Shown here piece after piece: positions 33,234 through 55,150 of a stretch of 64,000 bases of DNA. How positions within the stretch are numbered: the stretch's first letter is position 1; every line of letters begins with the position of its first letter. Source of the stretch: the human T2T-CHM13v2.0 reference genome, Homo sapiens. The stretch lies in the NCBI RefSeq assembly GCF_009914755.1, contig NC_060930.1. The stretch is one strand, 5' to 3'. The position numbers and the translations under genes were made by a program. Below the pieces are notes generated by a model. It did not search any database, was not told the DNA's origin, and saw only the letters and a list, made by a program, of their open reading frames with translations.

Positions 33234-33892
33234 ATGTAACCAAATTGCTGGGAAGAAGGTGGTAGTTAAGAGTGTGGGCTCTGGAACCACACAGACTCCA
33301 AATCCCAGCTCTGCCATCATCAGCTGGAAGACCTTCACCTTAACTTCAGCTTTATCTCTTTAAACCCAATTTCTTTTTCCATATAATGGGGAGAATGATA
33401 ACACATCACAGAACTGTCATGAGAGTAAAAAGAGGCAATGCATGCAAATCCCATCCCAACTGCTTTTGGCACTAGTAACTCTCAGCACATGCTGTTGCTT
33501 GTTTATCATCTCATCAGCATCATTACGATTGCATAGGCAACTGTCTTCTGCTTCACCCTCCATTCCCCAACATCCCTACTTTTTTTCAGACCCTGCTCTT
33601 ACCATTATGATGTCCATGTGTTTCTCCTCCTTGGCCTTTGCTCTTTAGCATTTATTCTAAACCCTTAGCTTGGCCTAATCCAAGACTCACTTTCTTGAAC
33701 CAAGGCCTAGAAGGAAGACCAAGAGAGGTGGAAGCCCACTTAGACCACTTACCAACAATTAGCATCTGCTCCTATCCCTTAGGAATCGCAAAATGACAAT
33801 GGTTTTGTCCTTCTAAGGTAAAATGTGGTTTTGTCCTTATAACGACATAATATAAATGTCCTCATATGTAAAAAAATATATACACCCTGTAA

Positions 33893-34512
<620 letters not shown>

Positions 34513-34926
34513 AGTTTTAACTGTTTCCTGCAGTTTTATCTGTTTCATGTTTAGCTCTTTATTTTAAAGTATAAGCATTAATTATTGCCACACTTAGTAA
34601 TTTTTTAAAGTTGAATTTGTAAAAACAAAACAAAAACAAAAAGGGCTCATTTGTTCATTAAATGAGACTACTGGACCACCCACCAGCTGCATGGCAAACA
34701 TTGCGCTGCATAAGATATAAAGAGAATTAAGGTAGAGACTGACTGTTCCCCCAGAAATTTATACATTTGGATAAGAAACCCAAGGTAATGACTGTAACAT
34801 AGAAATGCTATGTCCTGCAACACAAATAAGCTCAGGATGTTGGGGTGTGTTTGATTCATTAGGCACCACTGGCAGGAGCTTAAGGCCTGCAAGCTTTACC
34901 AGGAACTATAAAAATATTTGAGTCCT

Positions 34927-34990
<64 letters not shown>

Positions 34991-35040
34991 TATATATACA
35001 CACACACACACATATATATGTGTATTATATATATATATAT
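34927..35040. repeat. Compound A16-(TA)n-(CA)n-(TA)n microsatellite
   Basis: Read directly. Confidence 0.92.
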
Positions 35041-35248
35041 TCTAAACCCTTAATGGAGAGAATGATAGATGTATAAATGATATATAAATATCATATCCAA
35101 AATATAAAAAGAAAATGAACTATATATAAAAATGATATATAAATATTCAAAATATAAAAATATGAAAACATCAAATAAATCTTTAATTAAATGCCTACAT
35201 CACGTAAAAATGCAACACTATGTCAACCGCCTCCAAATTCATCTAGTA

Positions 35249-35541
35249 TTTATTTATTTATTGAGATGGAGTCTCCTTCTGTCGCCAAGGCTGGAGTGCA
35301 GTGGCATGATCTTGGCTCACTGAAACCTCTGCCTCCTGGGTTCTAGCAATTCTCCTGCCTCAGCCTCTCGAGTAGCTGGAATTACAGGCGCCTGCCACCA
35401 TGCCTGGCTGATTTTTGTATTTTTAAGAGACAGTGTTTTACCATGTTGGCCAGTCTGGTCTCGAACTCCTGACCTCAGGTGATCCACCTGCCTTGGCCTC
35501 CCAAGTGCTGGGATTACAGGCCTAAGCCACTGAGCACAGCC
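35249..35541 (-). mobile_element. AluS
   Basis: Reverse dimer; TSD tagtatttat. Confidence 0.9.
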
Positions 35542-35608
35542 ACATTTAGTATTTATAAAAGTTATTACATCTGAAAACAATTTGTAAACTAGATTATTAA
35601 AAGATTTC

Positions 35609-35899
35609 TGCTGGGCATGGTGGCTCACGCCTGTAATCCCAGCACTTTGGGAGGCTGAGGCGGGTGGATCACCTGAGGTCAGGAGTTTGAGACCTGCCTG
35701 GCCAACATGGTAAAACCTTGTCTCTATTAAAAATACAAAAATTAGCCAGGTGTGGTGGCAGATGCCTGTAATTCCAGCTACTTGGGAGGCTGAGGCAGGA
35801 GAATCACTTGAACCCGGAGATGGAGGTTACAGTTAGCCAAGATCACACCATTGCACTCATTGCACTCCAGCCTGGGTGACAAGAGCGAAATTCCATCTC
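35609..35899 (+). mobile_element. AluS
   Basis: TSD aaaagatttct. Confidence 0.9.
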
Positions 35900-35928
35900 A
35901 AAAAAAAAAAAAAAAAAAAGATTTCTAC

Positions 35929-36251
35929 AGGCCATGGTGGCTTACACCTGTAATCTCAGTCTTAGGGAGGTTGAGGCGGGACAATCACTTGAGCCCAAGA
36001 GTTCAAGACCAGCCTGGGCAACAAAGAGAGACTTCTCTCTACAAAAGAATAATAAAAAATTAGCCACGCATGGTGGCATGCACCTAGATAGTTCAGGTAC
36101 TCAGGAGTCTGAGGTGGGAGAATTGCTTGAACCCAGGAGGTTGAGGCTTCAGTGAGCCATGATCGTACCATTACACTCAAACCTGAGCAACAGAGCAAGA
36201 CCCTGTCTCAAAAAAACACAAAATCAAAAACCAAAACCAAAAAAAAAAAAA
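35929..36251 (+). mobile_element. AluJ
   Basis: J-type positions. Confidence 0.85.
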
Positions 36252-36520
36252 GATTTTTACAATTACCAGATACATAGAATTATTACTGATATAAATAATT
36301 ATAAATTTAAAATAATTACCCATAGTCCATTCCCAAAGCAATGTTATAAAGCAAATTCTTTCAAAACTATACCACGAAATTATATTTAATTTAGGATTTG
36401 GACACATTTTAATATGTCTAATATGATGTGGGGTGGGGTGTCCACAGGCATATCATAGGCCCACCTGAAGTCTTAGAAGAGCTTGGTTTCTGTGTGAGCC
36501 ACTGGGAAAGATGAACAATC

Positions 36521-36955
<435 letters not shown>

Positions 36956-36959
36956 TTAG

Positions 36960-37416
36960 GTGAGTTAGTTAGTTAGAGATGCCTTGACAAGGTATCACAG
37001 ACTGGGTGGTTTAAACCACATAAATATATTGTCTCACAGTTCTGGAGGCTGGAAGTCCAAGACTAAGGTGTTGGCAGGGTTGGTTTCTTCTGTGGGCGCA
37101 AGTGTGAATCTGTTCTATGCCTCTCTCCTAGCGTCTGGTGGTTTGCCAGCAATCCTTGGCACTCCTTGGCTTGCGGCAGCAAAATTTCAGTCTTCACATG
37201 GCATTCTCTCCCTACATCTCAATCTGTGTGCAAATTTCCCCTTTTCATAAAGACAGTGGTCATATTGGATTAGAGGCCTCCCTGCTTCAGTATGACCTCA
37301 TCCTAACTAATTATACCTGCAATGACCCTATTTCCAAATAAGGTCACATTTGGAGGTCCTGAGAGTTAGGACTTCAACATAAGGTTTTTTTTAGGGACAT
37401 AATTCAGCCTATAACA
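36960..37416 (-). mobile_element. MLT1C-like MaLR LTR
   Basis: tctcacagttctggaggctggaagtccaaga..ccctatttccaaataaggtcacatt..ataaca. Confidence 0.85.
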
Positions 37417-37609
37417 GTGGGTAAAGAAGTGATGGGGGGAAGGCCAGGGAAGGAGGACAGAGTAACTCGTGCAAAGGTCTCACAGGGAAGAGAGAACACA
37501 GGACCTGTCTAAAAACGGAATCAAGAGAGGTGAGATAAGGGATCAGATCACAAAACACTTTGTAAACTAAATATGGGTTTAATCGAAAAGGCAGGATTTT
37601 TCAGTGTGA

Positions 37610-37902
<293 letters not shown>

Positions 37903-38259
37903 TTCAGTGCGATATTTAAAAATCAAAATGAAACAACAGAACAATCCTTATGCATCTCTGCTCTCCCATGCCCTCTCCTTATCAAACTCCCCCTATCCCA
38001 AGATCCTGAAAGTCAACTAGGAAAGAACCAAGGCCAGAAGTCTAGGGAGTACTTTGGGTCACATGGCTTGTACCTGGCACAACCCAGGTTAGAATCCAAG
38101 GAGGTGACTCCTGTCCGAGTCTCTGCTTTCTACACACCATGCTATTTTTATTTGTCTCACTTAGTAGGTAATTCTTTGGCTGTTATAGAATCTTAGATCA
38201 TAATTTTTGGAGCAATTTTTAAAATCTGGAGTTCTGTAATCGAGTTAATATCTCTACTT

Positions 38260-39903
38260 TTATTTTTAAAAAAATTTTTTTTTGGAGGTGGAGTTTCCCT
38301 CTTGTTGCCCGGGCTGGAGTGTAATGGTGCCATCTTGGCTTAAGTGCAATGTTACGATCTTGGCTTACTACAACCTCTGCCTCCCGGGTTCAAGAGATTC
38401 TCCTGCTTCAGCCTCCCAAGTAGCTGAGATTACAGGCGCCTCCCACCACACCCGGCTAATTTTGGTATTTTTAGTAGAGACAGAGTTTTTGCCATGTTGG
38501 CCAGCCTAGTCTCGAACTCCTGACCTCAAGTGATCCGCCTGCCTCAGCCTCCCAAGGTGCTGGTGAGAGATGACAGCATGCTGGCAGCCCTCACAGCCCT
38601 CGTTCGCTCTCGGTGCCTCCTCGGCCTCAGCGCCCATTCTGGCCGCGCTTCAGGAGCTCTTCAACCCGCTGCTGCACCGTGGGAGCCCTTCTCTGGACTG
38701 GGCGAGACGGGAGCCGGCTCCCTGGGCTTGCAGGGTGTGGAGAGAGAAGCACGGGCGGGAACCGGGGCTGCCTGCCGCGCTTGCGGGCCAGCTGGAGTTC
38801 CGGGTGGGCGTGTGCTTGGCGGACCCCGCACTAGGAGCAGCCGGCCGGCCCTGCCGGCCCCGCCGGGGTGTGAGGGGCTTAGCACTCGGGCCAGCACCTG
38901 CGGAGGGTGCACTGGGTCCCCCAGCAGTGCTGGCCCACCGGCACTGCGCTCGACTTCTCGCCGGGCCTTAAACCGCCTCCCCGCGGGGCAGGACTTGGGA
39001 CCTGCAGCCCGCCACGCCTGAGTCTCTCCCTTTCCCCCGCCATGGGCTCCTGCGCGGCCTGAGCCTCCCCGACGAGCGCCGCCCCCTGTTCCACAGCGCC
39101 TGGTCTCACCGACCGCCCAAAAACTCAGAAGTGCGGGCGCAGGATGCAGGACTGGCAGGCAGCTCCACCTGCGGCGGGGATGCGAGATCCACTGGGTGAA
39201 GCCAGCTGGGTTCCTGATTCCAGTGGGAACTTGGAGAACCTTTATGTGCAGCTAAGGGATTGTAAATACACCAATCAGCACTGTGTGTTTAGCTCAAGGT
39301 TTGTAAATACACCCACCTACCCTGTATTTAGGTAATCTAGTGGGGATGTGGAGAACTTTTGTGTCTAGCTCAGGGATTGTAAACGGACCAATCGGCTCTC
39401 TGTAAAATAGACCAATCGGCTCTCTGTAAAATGGACCAATCAACAAGATGTGGGTGGGACCAGATAAGGGAATAAAGGCAGGCTGCCCGAGCTAGCCCCC
39501 ACAGTGGTAACAGCGCGGGTTTACTTTTATGTTGTGGAAGATTTTTGGAAGCTTTGTTGTTTCACTCTGTAGTAAATCTCATGGCTGTTCTTTCTTTGGG
39601 TTCACACTGCTTTTATGGGCTATAACACTGTCTGCAACCCGGTAAGCACTAGCTTAAGAGTTATAACACTCACCGTGAAGGTCTGCACTTTTGCTTCTGA
39701 AGGCAGTGGGATCACGAACCCACAGAAGGAAAATACTCCGAACACATCCCAACATCAAAAGGAACAAACTACGAAGACGCCGCCTTTAGGAACTGTAACA
39801 GTCACCGTGAGGGTTCACGGCTTAATTCTTGAAGTCAGTGAGACCAAGAACCCACCAATTCCGAACACAGTGGGACTACAGGTGTGAGCCACTGGGTCTA
39901 GGT
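38260..39903 (-). mobile_element. AluS split by LTR12 (38260-38563 plus 39870-39903)
   Basis: cccaaggtgctgg | gtgggactacaggtgtgagccact rejoins the Alu consensus. Confidence 0.88.
38564..39869 (+). mobile_element. Solo LTR12 (ERV9)
   Basis: TGAGAGATGACAGC..CCAAT repeats..gataagggaataaaggcaggc..ccaagaacccaccaattccgaacaca; TSD ctgg/gtgg (3 of 4 match). Confidence 0.93.
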
Positions 39904-40508
39904 TGTTTAAGTCTTTTAGGTTAGACTGTTAATCACTCATAGTAGAAAAACTGAAATGATCTGTTTATGTATCTCTTTTTGGCTACTCTGTAAGCACCAG
40001 CCAGGCAGGGCCATGGCCTAGCCATTCCTAAACCCTGCTGCTGAGTGGTGAATTCAGTAAGTGTTAAATTAACCGTAAGGCCAAGGATGTTCTCTTTCTC
40101 AGCTGTGGAGATCTGTTCTCAGCTGGGTATGCCCAGGATCCGGCACTGTAGACACAGTTCAAGACCCGGGGTACCCCGGGTTTTATAAGCCTTTTAAGCC
40201 TTTGGTAACATTTAGGAGTCCCAGGCTACTATCAACAAAAATCTCATGGTGAGCCCCAAACCCAGAAGTGACTGCTCTAAGCAGAAAAGCCAGATATTTG
40301 CACATCAGAAATCCTGAAAAAGAAAAAAATCACAAAGGAGTTCTAAAGAAAAAGAGAAATCCTGAACAAAAACTTTTCTAAAAAATACACAACCCAGAAA
40401 CCACAAGAAAAACACGGACAGACTGCATTAAAAAATATGCAACAAAAGACATGGTTAATTGTTAAAAGACATATGACAGTCTATAAAATATTTACATCAT
40501 ATATTCTA

Positions 40509-41097
<589 letters not shown>

Positions 41098-41451
41098 CTA
41101 AAAGGCTGTGTTGCTTCATCGAGTTCAAATGCTTGAGATGAACTACCTGCATTAAGGGGGTCATCTAAGAGACGTGATGGGATGTAGAGACACAAGTGCT
41201 GGACTGGGAGTTAGGAGGCCTGGAATCAAGTTTCACTTCTGCTAGTAACAGCAAGATCTTAGGAATACCACAGAACTGTCTAGGGCTCAGTTTCCTCATC
41301 AGCAAATATTGGTCTTGGATTAGACAACTTTTAAGTTCTCTCCTACTTGAACTATTCCTTTTTGCTTATAAGATGCTATGTATGTATGTATCTATCTATC
41401 TGTCGTTCTATCTACTTAGCTAACTATCCATCCATTTAGGTTAACAATTTT

Positions 41452-41785
<334 letters not shown>

Positions 41786-41957
41786 CTAACAATATGAAAA
41801 TACACACAGTGAAAAAGTAAGTTTCTCTCTCACCCATGACACACAGCACTCTAGTTTCTGCCTCACTTTAGCCACTCAACACTCTATTTTATATGCAGAT
41901 AATTCTCCATCCTTCCTTTTTTCATATAACTATCTAGAAATGGACCTGCTAGATTAG

Positions 41958-42284
<327 letters not shown>

Positions 42285-43031
42285 ATATCTTATGTTTTAA
42301 TAGATGTTGCTAAACTGAGCACCAAAGAGGACCATGCTTATTTTTCCAGTTCTTCATCTACACCTTATGTTATCAGACTCTCATTTTTGTTATTCTGCAA
42401 GATGGAAAAACTACATCTAGTGGTTTTACCTTGCCTTTCATTTATTGTGTATGAGGTAGAGAATCTTTTAATATGCTTAAAAGCCATTGACATTCATTAT
42501 TTTATGAATCATCTATTCATGTACTTGGCCCTTACTTTTTGTACAACCAGATTTTTTCCTGGAATGCAGAAAATGGGGCACCCTTAACACCCCCATCATG
42601 GAGAGATGGAACTTAAAGGACATCACTCTTAAGGCCTGGGTTACAGGTGGGTGTTTGAGGGCGGCAGTTGGTGGAATGGGCCAGGAAGGACTGGCAGAGT
42701 GTAAAGGGAGGACTCCCGCTGCCCAGCTAAGAATGGCTTTTATATTCCAAAGGTTTTAAAACAACAACAATAAACAAAAAACGAAGAAGAATCTGATACT
42801 TTAGGGGATCACATGACCCACAAAACCTAAAATATTTACTATCTGGCTCCTTGCAAAGAACTTTTGGGTTGAAAAGAAAAAGAAGAGGCTGAGATGGAGT
42901 CATCTGGGAGGTGGGAGCACACTCAGCTAGAATAGCATCTCAGAATTGAAGAGTTACAAATTATCTGAGATTGGCGGGGTTAACAGTGTTGAATGTGACC
43001 CAGAAATCAGGTAAGATGGAGATTTAAGAAT

Positions 43032-43372
<341 letters not shown>

Positions 43373-43530
43373 TCACAAGAAATAAAAACAGAGAGAGAGG
43401 GAGGGTGGAGGTGGGGAGGTCGGGGAGACACCTATAGAAATGAGGGCTTAGTAAAAGTTAATTGAAAGAAAGTGGCATGATTTCTTTAAGACAGTTACTA
43501 TTATGAATGCGAATATGTTCATTTCTTTAA

Positions 43531-43849
<319 letters not shown>

Positions 43850-44279
43850 AAATATGTTCATTTCTTTAAAGCACAACGTAATTAAAATCTGTCTGACTTA
43901 AGCTATGTATCTTTCCATTTCTAATCTGTCACGCTATAAGGAGGTAAATTCCTAATGGACTTGAAAATAGAGTGTATCAGGACTGGGTGCAAGCCAGGCC
44001 ATCTCCCTCATGTTATTGGTGAGGCAGCCGAGGCCCATGGAGGAGAAGTGACCTGACCAGGTCACACAGCCACTGTGCAAGAGCCCCAATTCTGGTTTTC
44101 AGTCCCAACCCTTTTCCACTCTATTGCTGCCATTTTATCTTCTTTAACACTCCAGGACCATCTAACATCTTGCTCGCATCTAGTAGATCCTCCATAAATA
44201 TTTTAAATAATTATATATTTCATTTCCAGACATTGTATTTTTTTTTCAACCTTCTGTTTTCAGTACCTTCTTTCAGTTT

Positions 44280-46660
<2,381 letters not shown>

Positions 46661-47044
46661 AAATTTTAAACAAAAATGGCTTATCCTTTTGTTGTTTTAG
46701 AATGATGGTGTCCATTTCTAATAATTATTTTTTCCAGTTTTCCCATGGATATATGGGTGGGGAAGATTGACCAGTTTATGTCACTATATATGTGTAAAAT
46801 GAAGAAGTTAAAATCGTGTATTTTCTTCATGTAAGGTTAACCACTTGGCAGAGAATTGGATTAGACCAACTCAGAGAGGACAATCCTAATGAACTAAAAT
46901 GGGAATTTCTCTAGAATGATAGAGCAACTGAACTAATTTCCTTCATTATGAAATTGGAGTCAATCAGCAAAAGATTTATTTGAATCCATCTTTACTACAA
47001 ATTAACCATACAAATGTAAAAATAGATAAGTAGATTCACGATAG

Positions 47045-47539
<495 letters not shown>

Positions 47540-47616
47540 CCCTCTCTCCAATTTCTAATAGCACATTTTCCACGTAGATTGGATGGGCAATTCCAATATC
47601 TTGTGCTTCCCTAGAC

Positions 47617-47765
47617 CAGTACTTCTCAAACTCACCTGGGGATCTTGTCAAAATACACATTCTGATTTAGTAGGTCTGGGGTGCAGACCTGAGATTCTGT
47701 ATTTCCATTAAGCCCCCAGGGGATCTCAGTGCTGCTGGTCCATGTGCCAAATTTTAAACAGTAAA
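47617..47765. mobile_element. MER5A-like
   Basis: cagtacttctcaaact..attctgatttagtaggtctgggg. Confidence 0.65.
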
Positions 47766-47769
47766 GTAT

Positions 47770-48178
<409 letters not shown>

Positions 48179-48186
48179 CTACCTAA

Positions 48187-48503
<317 letters not shown>

Positions 48504-49328
48504 GGAGCAGGTCATTCTTATGAAGACACATGGACTGCATGTTGTCTTCATTATGGTGAGGTATACAAATAGCATTGACAGTGCAGCCTCAGAGGGAACA
48601 CCCTCTCCTCCTGTTTTCTCTTTCTCTTGTTCTTCCCCTCTCCAGCCAAATATTTGAAATCGTAAATGATGTGGGACCTTGTGAAGTCTTCCTGTATCTT
48701 CGTTGTTGCTTTGGTCAAAACCTCATCCAAATATGGCAGTTAAAATCCTACCCAGGAAAGTCTCCATGAAGCAATGGGAAGTTTTAGGGGTGATCTCTAT
48801 ACAAATCGAAGTGCTTCTCAAAGAGAAGTGATTATTTGGACATTCATCTGCAAGAAAACCTTTGGTGATCACTATTTACTTTGGAGAGGGAGGTGTTTCC
48901 ATAAGACATTTCCCCCAAGATTAATAGAAAGCAGGAAGGCATCTTCTAAGGAATTGTATGTGGTGCTACTGAAATTTGTTATCCCATAGAGCAGTAGGTG
49001 CTGATGCTCACATGAGCAGCCAGAACCGGAGGAGAGCGTCCGGAGGCCGCAGTGTGTGAACAGGCTGTTAGGGGCTTGTTTTAATCCAAAAGACACCAGG
49101 AAATCAGACCAGAACAAGGTGAGAGGAGAACTGGGACCACAGGTTCACCCAAACCAAGAAACAAGAGAAGCCAGGAGATCACATCTGTGCTACAGAAAGA
49201 GAAATGAAAGAAGGTTGGGTGAAATGAGGAGGAGTTTCTCTACCTGTAGGCCTGGAGGTACCTGGGCCAGGCTGTGACAGGCCATGGGTGTACCCTGGCA
49301 GCCTGCTCTCCCCGTCGTCTGACATTGA

Positions 49329-49652
<324 letters not shown>

Positions 49653-51429
49653 TCATTCATTGTTTCATTCAACAGATATTACCAAGCACCTAGTACTCAC
49701 CAGGCATTCTTCCAGATTCTGGGGATATAATAGTGAACAAGACAAACTATTTCCTTTACGGAAAGGAGGGGGTCAGCCCAATAAACAAACAAACATGTAA
49801 AAATGTCCTGGGAGACTATGGAGAAAAATAAGCAATGTAAGAGGATGGAGACCGTGTGTCCTGGGTGATTTGCTGTTTCATATAGAGTGCTCAGGAATGG
49901 GATCTCCAGTGATGGTGAGCAGAACCGAGAGGACGGGAGGGAGCAGGCTCTGCATTCTCTATTCAGGCAGAAACATTACAGACCTTAGTCACAGAGGACC
50001 TGGAAGGGCCCAGAACCTTCTATTACCAATAGGCTTTAGTATCCACACCTTTGGCCTAGCTCTCAAAATATTTATACTGGCCTCAGTGACACCTTATTTA
50101 ATGAGATGCTTACATACTTTTTTTTTTATTTTAAAATTTGGATTCTAAGGTTATTCCAGAGGAAATATTTGTGGGTTTCTAATTAGTAGGTCCCACAACT
50201 GAATTAAGATGGAATGAGGCAGCCTGGGGGTTCAGAAAAGGCTCAGAAAAAAAATTTCACCAAGTGAAATTTCAGGTGAGACCTGAAGGTTGAGTGAGAT
50301 TTAGCTGGGGTGGAAGGAAGGGCTGAGTGGCTCAGAGGAAACAGTATGTGCAAAGGCCCTGGGCTGGCTTGCTTATCCTGAAGATGTCATTTTCAAGATG
50401 ACACCGTACAGTCTTGAATCTCCAAGCACAGGAAGGATACCTTCTCCTCAGTGTAAGCCAAAGCTGTTACGCACCATCCTCTCTGCAGGCATTTTGGTGT
50501 GTGCACATCCTCCCTTCCCTGCCCCATGCTGCTATTTGTGTGTTGGGGATCTTGTTTAATTAAAGAATCTTGATTCTGATTCTTTAATTTCTTAGAGCCC
50601 TCCCCAGAGCCTTGAAACCATTTTTTATGGCACCTGACGTGTATCTCCCTTGGGTCCTGAGGGTGTCAGGCCTTCTGGCCCTGAATTCCTGTTCTCTTGA
50701 TTCATTGCCAGGCTTGGCTGGGCACTTATTCAGTGGCATCTGGAAAATAACTTTCCTGCTCCGTGTTTTAGCTTTTCAAAACTAAAACCATACCATTCTA
50801 TAATCTCACAGTCATATTGTGATGTCTCCATTAAAAAAAAGTTTACAATGATTTGAAGAAAATCTTATATATTTAGTTTTGTACTAGATGGACTAGAGAA
50901 CTAAAATATGTACTTATAAGTGTACTCAGGTTTTGGAAAAACTGATACATGGAAATTCTTATAGCATAATTCTATTTGGAGAGTATTTTTTCACCTTAAA
51001 AATCACTAGTAGTTTCCTTTAAATAATTTTCCCAGTGTAGTTAAAATCAGATCAAATTTTCAAAAAACTCAGTTCCTGTTCAGGCTTTCAGCATCTGTAG
51101 GGAGACATTCACTGGATAAGGAGAAGCACATCTGTATTGCTCTTTTGCCTTCCTCCACCCCCCACACCAGGACTTGCTAGGCCTCTCCCCCTGGAACCAT
51201 CTCATTTCTAACCTTCAGGTGGACCCCTTTGTGCCCACCCGTAGATTCCATTTGGCCCAGATTCTGGAATCGGAGCTGCCCTTGGAATGCCCTGCACTCA
51301 CTGGTCTTCTCTTGCTCCCAAGTCTACGCTAGCTACTGCCCCATCTCTTCACTCCTTTTTCCAACAAAGCTCTTCAGAAAGTAGTCTCCACTGATTGTCT
51401 CCAATCCTTCCCCTCCCATTATATCTTGA

Positions 51430-52022
<593 letters not shown>

Positions 52023-52349
52023 TTGAGCCCATTTTAATCAGGCTGTCACCCCTCTTCCTCCTCTCAAACAGGAGATCTACTGCCTTTGTCAAGGTCACCA
52101 GCCAAATCCAGTGGGCACTGCTCAGTCCTCCTGTTCCTATGGAGCTTGTTACTCTCTCTGCTGTCTCCCTGTCCTTGGCCTCTGGACCAGCATTCTCTCA
52201 ACTTCTCCCCACTCCCTCACACTCTTTCCTGGATCTTTCTCTCCCTAATCCCCAACCACTGGAATATTCCAGGGCCCAATCTTCAGACTTCTCTCCTCAC
52301 TGTACAGCAACTCCCTAGCTGGCATCATTTAGTCATGTGGCTTTAAATA

Positions 52350-53304
<955 letters not shown>

Positions 53305-53484
53305 TATATTGTGAAAACTACCAAATTCATATTTCAGCTGGGACTGCTCTTCTGAATGCCAGACTCATATCGTATCCAACTGCTGACTTGACATCTCCAC
53401 CTGAACATTTAACAAGGCATCTCAAATTTAACATGTCCACAATGAAAGTCAGATTCTACCTTGCAAAACAGGCTCTTTCCAAAG

Positions 53485-54277
53485 TGTGAATAACGGCTTC
53501 CCAAAGATGTCCACATCCGAATCCCCAGAACTTGTGCATGCTACCATACAGGGCAAAAGGGACTTTGCAGATGTGAGAAAATTAAAGATCTTGAGAATGA
53601 GGAGATGCTGCTGGATTATGTGGGAGGGACCAATGTCATCACAAGGGTCCTTATAAGAGAGAGGGAGGAGGATCAGAGTCAGAAAGAGAAAGGAGATGTG
53701 ACAGCTGAACCAGAGGCTGGAATGACGTACTCTGAAGATGGAGAAGAGGCCATGAGCCAGGAGATGCAGGCAGCCTCTAGATGCTGGAAAAGACAAGGAA
53801 ATGGATTCTCCCTTGAAGCCTCCAGAAGGAACACAGCCCTGCCAACCCCTCGACTTTATCATTTATTTATTTATTTGTTTATTTATTTATTTATTTATTT
53901 TTGAGACACAGTCTCCCTCTGTTGCCCAGGCTGCAGTGTACTGGCATGATCTCAGCTCACTGCAACCTCCACCTCCCAGGTTCAATTATAGGCCTGCTCC
54001 ACCACACCTAGCTAATTTTTTTTTTTTTGTATTTTTTGTAGAGACAGGGTTTCACCATGTTGGCAGGCTTGTCTTGACCTCAGGTGATCTCAGGTGATCC
54101 ACCTGCCTTGGCCTCCCACAGTGCTGGGATTACAGGCACAAACCAAGCCACCACACCCAGACTCAACCCCTTGACTTTAGGCTTCTGACCTCCAGGACTG
54201 TAAGAGAGCATACTAGTGTTGTTTTAAGCCACTAAGGTTGTGATAGTTTGTTATGGTGGCAATAGGAAACCCATACA
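53485..54277 (+). mobile_element. MLT1D-like LTR split by a reverse Alu (53856-54162)
   Basis: cccaaagatgtccacatcc..gggactttgcagatgtg..tccttataagaga..ttttaagccactaag. Confidence 0.82.
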
Positions 54278-54754
54278 CAAGCTTCCCCGTGTCAGTAAAT
54301 GGTGACACCAGCCTTTTAGTTACTCCAGAGAGACACTGGTGTTGTCCTCATTTTTTTCTCCTTCTCACACCCCAAATCCAATTCATCAGCAAATCCTATT
54401 GGCTCTGTCTTCAAAATATATCCAGAATCCAACAACTGTTCACACCCGCCACCAGCTACACACTGGTCTCCTTTTTCATGGAGGACTACAGGCACCCCCT
54501 AGTGAGCCTGCGTGCTTCCCCCTCGCCCGTCTGCGGTCTATTCCACACAGCTGCCAGCGTGATCAGGTTAACCCAGAAGCCAGACTTTAGCATTCCTCTG
54601 TCATACCCTTCGATGGCTCCCCACCTCATGAGGAAGAGAAGGCCATGTCTTTACCATGGCCCACAGTGGCTCCCCCAGTCTGGCTCCTGGACACCTCCCT
54701 GAGCTCATCTTCTGTCCCTGCCTCCTGGCTCAAGCTCCAATCCCACCAGCAGGT

Positions 54755-55150
54755 GCTGCCTAGAGCGTCCTTCAGGAGCTGAGGCGTGCTCCTGGCTGCC
54801 ACCCCTCGGATGCTGAGGTGGCCTTGGCTGGAGAGCGCTGTCCCCCTCAACACCCTATCTCACTCCCTTCTCAACGTAGCCAGTATCCAGTGGCTGAATG
54901 GTTTGGAGGTGTAAAGGCCTGTCCCCTCTCCCCAGCTCAGAGCAGCTCTGAAGGGCCATCCTATCTTCAACATCCCCATGGGGTTGTCTGGGGCTTTAGT
55001 TGAGACTGCATCACAGCTCATCCCCCTCTGCCCAGTCTTGCTTCCTGCCCCTCTTTCCCTTCCATGGTTTGATCCCAAGAGCACTTCCTAGTAAGCATCA
55101 TATGTGTGCCAACCATCATCTCAGACACTGCTTTCCCTGACCTGTGAACC
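54755..55150 (+). mobile_element. LTR16A-like ERVL LTR
   Basis: taaaggcctg..cagctctgaagggccatcc..gagactgcatcacagctc..ttgatcccaagagcactt. Confidence 0.6.
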
